A stretch of 63,161 nucleotides of DNA, the filler included. It is 4 parts of 4 records of this genome, joined end to end, with 100 filler letters (N's around TTAATTAATTAA, not from the genome) between each part and the next. Parts side by side here need not be neighbours in the genome. Positions count along the whole stretch, not along the records: positions 51,569 to 63,161 come from SRR22947727_862; 3 more parts are not named here. One strand, given 5' to 3'. Positions 52,994-60,810 of this stretch are shown piece by piece. Within the stretch, counting starts at the first letter, position 1. Each line of letters starts with the position of its first letter. The notes under the pieces were generated by a model, which was not told where the DNA came from, did no database searches, and worked only from the letters and a program-made list of their open reading frames with translations. Position numbers and translations under genes: made by a program.

Positions 52994-53923
52994 CGTTCCT
53001 TCCGCAATCGGATTTCCCCGTAGAAAATCTCCAACCATCAATCGCTTGCGGCCTTCGGCTTGAAATGCGGCGGCGTCTTTTTTAAATACAAGCGTGCTGC
53101 CGTTTCTGCACGCAACGGCGAAATCTCCGGATTCGGTGTAAAATACTTCGCCAGCAGGACGATGGGTTTCAGGGCCGAGTTCTGCTTTGGGGTAGATCTT
53201 TAATTTGGCGCCGTCGAGTGTAGCGTAGGTTCCCGGCCAGGGATCGTAAGCACGGATGAGAAGCTCGATTTCATGCGCCTGTTTGTTCCAATCTATCGCG
53301 CCGTCTTCGCGCATGAGTTTTCCAGAATAGGTCACGAGTGACTCGTCTTGCGGCGTCCGCTCGACGCCAATTTTATCCATGCCGTCACGAAGCAGTTCCG
53401 GCCCGAGGTCAGCGAGTTTGTCGTGAAGAACGCCTCCGGTGTCCGAATCCAGAATGGGAATCGTCTTTTTAAAAATCTTATCGCCCGCATCGAGTTTCGG
53501 AACGATGTGCATCAGCGTGATCCCAGTTTCGGTATCTCCGTCGCGAATCGCAGCTTGAATCGGCGATGCTCCGCGATGTCGCGGAAGCAGCGACGCGTGC
53601 AAATTCACACAAGCCAGTTTCGGAGCTTCGATCACTGACTTCGGAAGGATTTGGCCATACGCCATCACCACGAAGAGGTCGGCATCCAAGTCGCGCAGAC
53701 TTTGGAGCGTTTCTTCATTTTTGCGCAGTGTCTCCGGCTGAAAGACGGGAATTCCCGCAGACTTAGCAATTACTTTGATCTCGGGCGGAGTCAGTAGTTG
53801 CTTTCGCCCGACTTTCTTATCGGGCTGAGTGAACACGCCAACGACCTCATGGCCGGATTTTTCAATCAGCCATTTGAGGGATGAATTGCCGATCTCGCCG
53901 GCGCCCATGTAAACGATACGCAT
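52976..53923 (-). CDS. fmt: Methionyl-tRNA formyltransferase
   Basis: TQPDK, VMAYGQIL, NLHASLLPRHRGASPI, LDAGD, IRAYDPWPG. Confidence 0.95.
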   Translation of the reverse strand: MRIVYMGAGEIGNSSLKWLIEKSGHEVVGVFTQPDKKVGRKQLLTPPEIKVIAKSAGIPVFQPETLRKNEETLQSLRDLDADLFVVMAYGQILPKSVIEAPKLACVNLHASLLPRHRGASPIQAAIRDGDTETGITLMHIVPKLDAGDKIFKKTIPILDSDTGGVLHDKLADLGPELLRDGMDKIGVERTPQDESLVTYSGKLMREDGAIDWNKQAHEIELLIRAYDPWPGTYATLDGAKLKIYPKAELGPETHRPAGEVFYTESGDFAVACRNGSTLVFKKDAAAFQAEGRKRLMVGDFLRGNPIAEGTSFLVS

Positions 53924-54006
53924 GCCGGGACGATTGCCGAAAATCAGCAAAAGTGGTCAAAAAAAACGGGAAAACGGAATTTTTCGCAAATTCGGCTACC
54001 CCCGAT

Positions 54007-55335
54007 TTAGACAGGCTGGATTTCCCAACCCTTGCGGTATTCGCGGGTCAGCCACGGATTGGCTTCATCGATGTTGGTAACTTTCATATTCTTGGAATCC
54101 CATTCGAGAGTCTTGCCCCTGAAGCGGAACGCGACGTTTCCGAGTTGAACTGTTTCAGTCAGCAACGCGCCGTAGTCGAATCCATCGCTTGGCTGCTCTT
54201 TGCCGAGGCAGCCGTCAACCCAACCGTGATAGTGATTTTTTCCTTCTGCCATTTCGAATTCAGTCGAAGCGGCGGCGTCTTTAAAATACAGTTGGGGTTT
54301 TCCAACGTGAGGAATGATCAGGGTTCCCATTTCACCAATCAACATCGAGCCGCTCGAAGGCAAGACGCGATCGCCGGGAATGTGAGATCCTTTTTTATTC
54401 GGAGTCCGCCCGCCGTCATACCACGTGAGTTTGAATGAGCTGTCCGCTGTTAACTCCGTGCCGGGCATTGTGTAATTCACCGTGCATTGGGCCGGCCAAA
54501 CTTCGTCGTTGATACCGGTGTGGTCGGCTTGAATATTGGTGGGCGCTTCGGTAATTTTCAGCGCGGTGAAAACGGGATCAAAAATGTGACAGCCGAAATC
54601 TCCGAGGGCACCGCCTCCGAATTCCTGCCAATCCCGCCACGTGAAGGGATGATAAACTCGGGCCCCACCGTAAGGACGCATTGGCGCGACACCGATCCAT
54701 GAATCCCAATCGAGTGTGTCAGGAATAGGCTCTTCGACTGCGGGTCTGTCGAGCAATCCGCTTCGACCGTGACCGGTTGTGCCGACCCAGCTGTGAACGC
54801 GGGTGACTTTTCCGATTCGGCCGGATTGAATCAGTTCAACCGCAGTCCGGTAATACTGGTGTGAGTGAATTTGGTTTCCGAGGCGAGTGATCACTCCCGC
54901 TTTCTTTGCCATTTTTGAAACTTGGCGCGACTCCCAAACGTTATGGGTCAGTGGTTTCTGGCAGTATACGTGTTTGCCAGCGCGCATCGCGGCGATCGAG
55001 CAGAAAGCGTGCATGTGGTCCGGCGTCGAAACAGTGACCGCGTCGATTTTGTCGCCTTCCGCCGCGAGCATTTCCTGAAAGTTTTGATAAATCGGCGCAT
55101 CCGGCTGAAGTCGCTTCACTTTCAGCGTGCGGTTCAAATCGACGTCGCAAAACGAGACGTGCTCGACGGTGTCATGCATCGCCATGGCTTCGGTATCACT
55201 CCAGCCTTTGCCGTCGGAACCGATCGATGCGAGTTGAATTTTCGAGTTCAGGTTTTGACCCCGAACAAAGGCCGGAGCGGCGACAATCGCAGCGGCGACC
55301 GACGATTTTTTAAGAATCTCACGTCTTGTAGGCAT
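54007..55335 (-). CDS. Tat-exported Gfo/Idh/MocA oxidoreductase
   Basis: TRREILK twin-arginine signal, STPDHMH, HVYCQKPL, GGGALGDFGCH. Confidence 0.9.
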   Translation of the reverse strand: MPTRREILKKSSVAAAIVAAPAFVRGQNLNSKIQLASIGSDGKGWSDTEAMAMHDTVEHVSFCDVDLNRTLKVKRLQPDAPIYQNFQEMLAAEGDKIDAVTVSTPDHMHAFCSIAAMRAGKHVYCQKPLTHNVWESRQVSKMAKKAGVITRLGNQIHSHQYYRTAVELIQSGRIGKVTRVHSWVGTTGHGRSGLLDRPAVEEPIPDTLDWDSWIGVAPMRPYGGARVYHPFTWRDWQEFGGGALGDFGCHIFDPVFTALKITEAPTNIQADHTGINDEVWPAQCTVNYTMPGTELTADSSFKLTWYDGGRTPNKKGSHIPGDRVLPSSGSMLIGEMGTLIIPHVGKPQLYFKDAAASTEFEMAEGKNHYHGWVDGCLGKEQPSDGFDYGALLTETVQLGNVAFRFRGKTLEWDSKNMKVTNIDEANPWLTREYRKGWEIQPV

Positions 55336-55458
55336 GGACGAAACATGCGGCAAATTGAAAGGCAGCGCGATCCTCGAATCGCACGCATTTGCGCAATTAC
55401 GAACCAACAGGGTTGCTTCATCGAACGTGCCCTATTGATTCGTGAAAACCTACTTTCC

Positions 55459-56658
55459 TCAGAGCGAGCGATACACGTGCTCGAGCGTGATCAACGCGTA
55501 AGCAGTCACCAAAATTGGATCGTCTTCCATCCAGCGATTGGAGTCGTCATTCAACCATGAGCCGTCGGCTTTCTGCTTAGACATCATTTTCAGAGCCAAA
55601 TCATTCTTCCAATTGATCGTCTTTCCCTCGGGAGTTTTCAGCTCCTTGATCTGCGCGATTGAGAGTGCCTTCGACATCGTGTGGTAGTAGTAAAACAAAC
55701 CCTGCGCGTCCATTCCCGGGTTTTCTTCGAGCGTGTAATTGGCTTGCAGCCATTTCAGCGTTGCTTGAACTCGTGGATCTTCGATGTCCATTTCTGCGTA
55801 GATGAATGCCAGCATTCCAGCGTAGCCCATGCTGCCATAGCTTCTCAACGCGGTCCGCTTTACGCCGTCACCCGTTTCGATTTCAAATACGTCTGATTTT
55901 GTAGAGCGTGGGAAATAAACAAAACCGCCCTTGTCCTCTTCACGAACGGTGATGTCATCGCCGAGTTTTTTGGCGCTTTCTTCGCTATTTTGGCAGAGCG
56001 AAACAAAATCGATCGCGGCATTCCAATCGAGATCAAACTCGCGGGATTCGTCGTGTTCGGTATCGGCGAGGACTTTTTTGGAATAATAAAGCGCTTCCAT
56101 GGCAAGGTGCGTGTTCGACAAATCCGAGTGCGCGTAGCTTCCGCCGTATCCGATTCCGCCATCAAAGACATTGTCAGCCGTGCCGCGTTTATCAAAATCC
56201 TGCTGCTGATTGATGAGTAGGCGACGCGCGCGTTTGATCACCGGCAAGTGCTCTGGAATTCCTGACTGCGAAAGCGCCGTGACGCTGAGCGCAGTGTTGT
56301 ATGTCGCGAGCCCTTTTCCGTAAATTCCACCGTCCTCTTTTTGCTTAGAGATGATGAAATCGTAGCCTTTTTTCGCTGATTCAGGCAGCTCAGCTGCGGC
56401 GTCTAACGCTGGGTTTCCCACAATTGCTGAAACCGATAACGCAGAGAACGCAGGGAGATCTGCGTCGCCCCAGGCACCCGTTCCTTTGTCCTGCTGAGCT
56501 TCGAGCCACTTCAGTCCTTTTTCGATCGAGCGTTGAACTTCAAGACGAAGCGAAACATCGCCATCGGCTCCCGGTTGAACGGCACCTGTTTTTTCCTGCG
56601 CCTGACAAAGTCCGACTGCGAGAGGGAGGGTTAACAAAAGAGAGGAATTTTTGATCAT
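55459..56658 (-). CDS. Secreted prenyltransferase/squalene-cyclase-repeat (alpha/alpha barrel) protein
   Basis: Signal peptide, GLKWLEAQQ..GAWG, QKEDGGIY, QKADGSW repeats, SDLSNT, SYGSMGYAG; no DxDD. Confidence 0.8.
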   Translation of the reverse strand: MIKNSSLLLTLPLAVGLCQAQEKTGAVQPGADGDVSLRLEVQRSIEKGLKWLEAQQDKGTGAWGDADLPAFSALSVSAIVGNPALDAAAELPESAKKGYDFIISKQKEDGGIYGKGLATYNTALSVTALSQSGIPEHLPVIKRARRLLINQQQDFDKRGTADNVFDGGIGYGGSYAHSDLSNTHLAMEALYYSKKVLADTEHDESREFDLDWNAAIDFVSLCQNSEESAKKLGDDITVREEDKGGFVYFPRSTKSDVFEIETGDGVKRTALRSYGSMGYAGMLAFIYAEMDIEDPRVQATLKWLQANYTLEENPGMDAQGLFYYYHTMSKALSIAQIKELKTPEGKTINWKNDLALKMMSKQKADGSWLNDDSNRWMEDDPILVTAYALITLEHVYRSL

Positions 56659-56676
56659 GACGTTGTCAAAAGGTTG

Positions 56677-56690
56677 CGTCTTATAAGACG
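56677..56690. repeat. Perfect 14-bp palindrome
   Basis: CGTCTTATAAGACG, 18 nt upstream of the cyclase-repeat gene ATG. Confidence 0.85.
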
Positions 56691-56692
56691 TT

Positions 56693-56730
56693 TTGTGACG
56701 TAAAAACTTAGTTGTGACGTAAAAACTTAG
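56693..56730. repeat. Perfect 19-bp tandem duplication
   Basis: TTGTGACGTAAAAACTTAG twice; the second copy includes the YdjY stop codon. Confidence 0.92.
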
Positions 56731-57482
56731 GATTGAGGCTTGAGAACAACCGTAACTTTTTGGCCGATCTCAGGAATCACTTTGTCGTTGGCACCCCAGC
56801 GCTCATCCATATGCGCACCCTTGCGGGTCATATTTAAAAGTGCCACCGGATCGAGATAAACGGCGATGAAGGAACCCTCGACTTCGGCCGAGAACGAGCC
56901 TCGGAAAACGGAAGAACCGGTCAGCGTCCAAGGTGCCGGTTCGAGGCCTTCGAGTGTTTCGCCATCGGAGATCCATTCCGATAAATCCTGTTCCATCTGT
57001 TTTTTGCCAGTCGGAGTCCAGCGAATCAGAAGAGTGAAATCGTCTCCATTTTCGACATCGGTGCCAGCTTGTTCTTCAACTGCCAACATCGGATCGAAAA
57101 CATTTCCAAAACCGCTTTTATGCTTCAGCAGTTTTGTAACGATTTGAAGATGAAGCGGCGATGCGGTTGTTGTGAGAATGGACTCGTGAACTTTTCCTTT
57201 TTCGTGAACCAGCACGTATTCGATGGGGCCACCTTCGCGCTTGTTCACCACTGCCGGAATAAAGATTTCCTTGGCTTTTGCATCAAACTCGATCTGGCCC
57301 ATTCGGAAGCGAGTCTCTCCAATTTTCTCAACTCGCGGCATGTCTTCAGGCTTTATGGCCGGGGCGTCGCCCTCGGGGTTTTTCGGGATTTTGCGCTCAG
57401 GCTCCTGCGCGAACGAAAAATTCAGTGAGAAAAGAACTCCGATGAGCAAAAAAATCGGAAATGAGTGAAATGTGGCCTTCAT
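56727..57482 (-). CDS. Secreted YdjY-domain-like protein
   Basis: Signal peptide, GPIEYVLVHEKGKVHESIL, WTLTGS, GSFIAVY, IPEIGQKV pattern. Confidence 0.7.
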   Translation of the reverse strand: MKATFHSFPIFLLIGVLFSLNFSFAQEPERKIPKNPEGDAPAIKPEDMPRVEKIGETRFRMGQIEFDAKAKEIFIPAVVNKREGGPIEYVLVHEKGKVHESILTTTASPLHLQIVTKLLKHKSGFGNVFDPMLAVEEQAGTDVENGDDFTLLIRWTPTGKKQMEQDLSEWISDGETLEGLEPAPWTLTGSSVFRGSFSAEVEGSFIAVYLDPVALLNMTRKGAHMDERWGANDKVIPEIGQKVTVVLKPQS

Positions 57483-57553
57483 GATTTATGACTGTAACTG
57501 CGAAGCTACTTGATGAGAAATGCGAATTTTGTGAGTAAATTCTTCAAAATCGT

Positions 57554-59047
57554 ATGGAAAATCCTGCTTACCAAAAACTCGTTGCCCTTTCTGAAGAACT
57601 TCAACTCCTCTCCGACGTGGCTGGATTGCTTTCGTGGGATCAGGAAGTCAACATGGCGAAAAAGGGCGTCGCCTATCGTGCCAAGCAAATGGCGTGGTTC
57701 AGTGGGGAGACTCACAAGAAATTCACCGATCCTCAAGTCGGTGATTGGATTTCCGAATGCGAAGCGGATTCTGCGATTATCGAGCCGGGTTCCGACGCAG
57801 CGGCCAACCTTCGCGAATGGCGTCATAGCTATGATTCTGAGACGAAGCTGCCTTCTGAACTCGTTACTGAATTTGCCGCGACGTGTGCGCTTGCTCACGA
57901 ATCCTGGGCTGAGGCTCGTGGAAAATCAGATTTTTCGCACTTTGCGCCGCATCTCGAAAAACTGATCGGGCTTTGCAAACAGCGTGTCGAATGCTGTGGC
58001 TACGATGACAAGCCTTACGATGCGTTGTTGGACAAATACGAGCGCGGTTCGACCACGGCGGAAATCACCAGTGTTTTTGCAGATCTTAAACGTGATCTGA
58101 TTCCAATCGTAGACGAGGCGTGTGCTCAGGAGCCTTTTGATCCGGTAAAAAATGGCGCGGAATATTCCATTGCATCCCAAGTGGCTTTTAATCGTGAAAT
58201 CGCTGAGGCAATTGGTTTTGATTTTGATGCAGGCCGAATCGACACGGCAGTTCACCCATTTTGCACTGGGCTCGGGCCGATGGACACTCGACTCACCACC
58301 CGTTACATGACATCCGATTTCCGAAGCTCGCTGTTTGGTGTGCTTCATGAAACGGGTCATGGGTTATATGACCAAGGCCTCCGCGAAGCGGTTTACGGGC
58401 AGCCGGTGGGAGATTCCGTTTCACTGGGCGTTCATGAATCGCAATCCCGCTTGTGGGAAAATCAGGTTGGCCGAAGCGCTGAATTCTGGGAGCAGTGGTT
58501 GCCTCGCGCTGCCCATTATTTTCCAAATCTGAGCTCTCTTTCAGTCGAAGAAATGACGCGTGCGTGCAATCAGGCGGAGCGAAGTTTCATTCGCGTGGAA
58601 GCCGATGAAGTCACTTATGACCTTCACATCATGGTTCGGTTTGAGATGGAAAGCGCCATCTTCAATGACGACTTGGCGGTTGCCGATATTCCTGCAGAAT
58701 GGAATCGTCGGATGAAGGAAATGTTTGGTCTCGATGTCGATAAAGACGCAAATGGTTGCCTCCAGGATATTCACTGGAGCATGGGCGGATTCGGATATTT
58801 CCCGACCTACAGTCTTGGAAATCTCAATGCGAGCCATCTTTTTAAAGCGGCGAAAGAGCAGGATTCATCCATCGAGGCGGGTTTCAAAAATGGCGATTAT
58901 TCCGGGTTGTTGAATTGGATGCGTGAGAAAATTCATCAGCCAGGCAGCTTCTATTTACCAAAAGACCTCGTCGAAAGAGCGGCTGGGTCCCCCGTGAATG
59001 CAGAAGCACATTTGGCCCATCTTCGGTCGCGATATATCTTCGGTTAA
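57554..59047 (+). CDS. M32 carboxypeptidase (carboxypeptidase Taq family)
   Basis: HPF, DTRLT, HETGH (HExxH), HESQ, IRVEAD, QDIHW, GYFPTY. Confidence 0.95.
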   Translation: MENPAYQKLVALSEELQLLSDVAGLLSWDQEVNMAKKGVAYRAKQMAWFSGETHKKFTDPQVGDWISECEADSAIIEPGSDAAANLREWRHSYDSETKLPSELVTEFAATCALAHESWAEARGKSDFSHFAPHLEKLIGLCKQRVECCGYDDKPYDALLDKYERGSTTAEITSVFADLKRDLIPIVDEACAQEPFDPVKNGAEYSIASQVAFNREIAEAIGFDFDAGRIDTAVHPFCTGLGPMDTRLTTRYMTSDFRSSLFGVLHETGHGLYDQGLREAVYGQPVGDSVSLGVHESQSRLWENQVGRSAEFWEQWLPRAAHYFPNLSSLSVEEMTRACNQAERSFIRVEADEVTYDLHIMVRFEMESAIFNDDLAVADIPAEWNRRMKEMFGLDVDKDANGCLQDIHWSMGGFGYFPTYSLGNLNASHLFKAAKEQDSSIEAGFKNGDYSGLLNWMREKIHQPGSFYLPKDLVERAAGSPVNAEAHLAHLRSRYIFG

Positions 59048-59153
59048 TCGTTTTTTGATCGGGCGCGGATCCGGTTGAAGCGCAAAAACGACGCCTGACC
59101 GTTTTGAAAACCTGATGTAGATTGGTATGGTCGCGAGTTTTCGCGTTTCTTTC

Positions 59154-59954
59154 ATGGGTGGATTTTTCAAATTTCTGGGGCGGGGAACGCTCAGTTTTCT
59201 CTCTTACCTGGGTCAGCTCGCTGATTTGGTTCGAGAGATGGTTGTGGCGGCCTGTTGTGGAATGCCGCGCCTTAATTTGACGGGGCGTCAAATCGTCGCG
59301 GTCGGATTTGGTTCGCAAACAGTCGTGATCGTGACGGGCGCTTTCACCGGAGCTGTATTTGCCGCGCAATCGTATTTCAAATTTTCCGATCTTGGTTTGG
59401 CAACGGGAGTGGGCCCCGTGGTTTCGATTGCGATGTGCCGCGAACTCGGGCCGGTGTTGACAGGGCTAATGGTGGCCGGACGTGTCGGTGCCTCAATGGC
59501 GGCGGAAATCGGAACGATGAAAGTGACTGAACAAATCGATGCGCTGCGTTCGATGGGAGTTCATCCGGTGGATTATTTAGTCATGCCACGAGCAATCGGA
59601 ACGATGATTTCGATGCCGTTGCTGGTTGCGGAGTCGATTGGCTTTGGGCTGCTCGCCTCCCACGTGATTGTTGTTTATTTCTTTGGTGTTCCTTCGGCGT
59701 GGTATGATGATCAAGTGGTCGCCAACACTGAGTTGGAAGACATATCCATCGGCATGATCAAAGGATTCGCCTTCGGCTGGCTGATCGTTTTGATCTCCTG
59801 TAATCAGGGATTGAGAGCGAAAAACGGGGCAGTGGGTGTTGGTCAAGCAACGACGAATGCGGTCGTCCAATCCTCCTTGGCCATTTTGATTACCAATTTA
59901 TTTCTTAGTTTTATTCTGAACTATTTTTTCCCACTCGGATCTGGCAATTACTGA
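59154..59954 (+). CDS. mlaE: MlaE-family ABC permease
   Basis: RELGPVLTGLMVAGRVG, AEIGTMKVTEQIDAL, GVGQATT. Confidence 0.93.
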   Translation: MGGFFKFLGRGTLSFLSYLGQLADLVREMVVAACCGMPRLNLTGRQIVAVGFGSQTVVIVTGAFTGAVFAAQSYFKFSDLGLATGVGPVVSIAMCRELGPVLTGLMVAGRVGASMAAEIGTMKVTEQIDALRSMGVHPVDYLVMPRAIGTMISMPLLVAESIGFGLLASHVIVVYFFGVPSAWYDDQVVANTELEDISIGMIKGFAFGWLIVLISCNQGLRAKNGAVGVGQATTNAVVQSSLAILITNLFLSFILNYFFPLGSGNY

Positions 59955-59966
59955 GTTTACCAACGC

Positions 59967-60743
59967 ATGTCAGCAAACGTACATTCCGAATTTTTCATCG
60001 AAGTTTCCGGCCTGCAAAAACGGTTCGGAGAACAACAGGTGTTGCGAGGTGTTGACCTGAAAATTCGTCGGGGCGAAACGATGGTTATTCTTGGTCAAAG
60101 TGGAGAAGGGAAAAGCGTCATACTCAAACACCTGATCGGTTTGATGACGCCGGATTCAGGAAGTATTCTGGTCGATGGCGTGGAAACGGTTGGATTAAGC
60201 GAGCGGCAGTTGAGGCCAATCCGGAAAAAAGTCGGTATTCTATTTCAAGACGGTGCGCTTTTTGATTCGATGACCGTGGCTGAAAACGTCGCTTTTCCGC
60301 TAATGGAAGAAGGCATCCGCGATCTAAAAGTTCTGCTGGAACGAGTCCGTGAAGTGCTCAGCGTAGTTGGTTTGGAAGAGCACATGGCGAAAATGCCGAT
60401 CAATATTTCCGGTGGAATGCGGAAGCGGGTTGCCCTTGCGCGGGCCGTCGTCAGTCATCCTCAATGCATTCTGTATGATGAGCCGACTGCGGGGCTGGAT
60501 CCGATCGTGGCGGATTCGATCGACCATTTGATCAATCGGCTTGAGGAGCAGTTTCAAATAACATCGATCGTCGTCACCCATGATATGAAATCCATGAACA
60601 CGATTGCTGATCGCGTGGCGATTCTCCGCGACGGAAAGATCTATTTTCTCGGAACCCCGGATGAATTGAACGCGCTTGAAGACGAGTCGATTCAAAATTT
60701 CATTCACGGTCGATCCCATGAGAGTCTGAAAGCGAATGTGTGA
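59967..60743 (+). CDS. mlaF: MlaF-family ABC ATPase
   Basis: GQSGEGKS, FQDGALFDS, ISGGMRKRV, YDEPTAGLDP, VTHD. Confidence 0.93.
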   Translation: MSANVHSEFFIEVSGLQKRFGEQQVLRGVDLKIRRGETMVILGQSGEGKSVILKHLIGLMTPDSGSILVDGVETVGLSERQLRPIRKKVGILFQDGALFDSMTVAENVAFPLMEEGIRDLKVLLERVREVLSVVGLEEHMAKMPINISGGMRKRVALARAVVSHPQCILYDEPTAGLDPIVADSIDHLINRLEEQFQITSIVVTHDMKSMNTIADRVAILRDGKIYFLGTPDELNALEDESIQNFIHGRSHESLKANV

Positions 60744-60810
60744 GGTATCCCCGATTGTGCCAGAAATCGGCTTTTAAACCTCTGGAAAATCCAGCTATGG
60801 TTCCGGATAG

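Noticed and set aside
55459..56658. Squalene-hopene or sterol cyclase call
   Set aside because: Only about 400 aa, has a signal peptide and lacks the DxDD/DCTAE catalytic motif
56693..56730. Direct repeat considered as a CRISPR remnant
   Set aside because: Only two adjacent 19-bp copies with no spacer and no cas genes in the window
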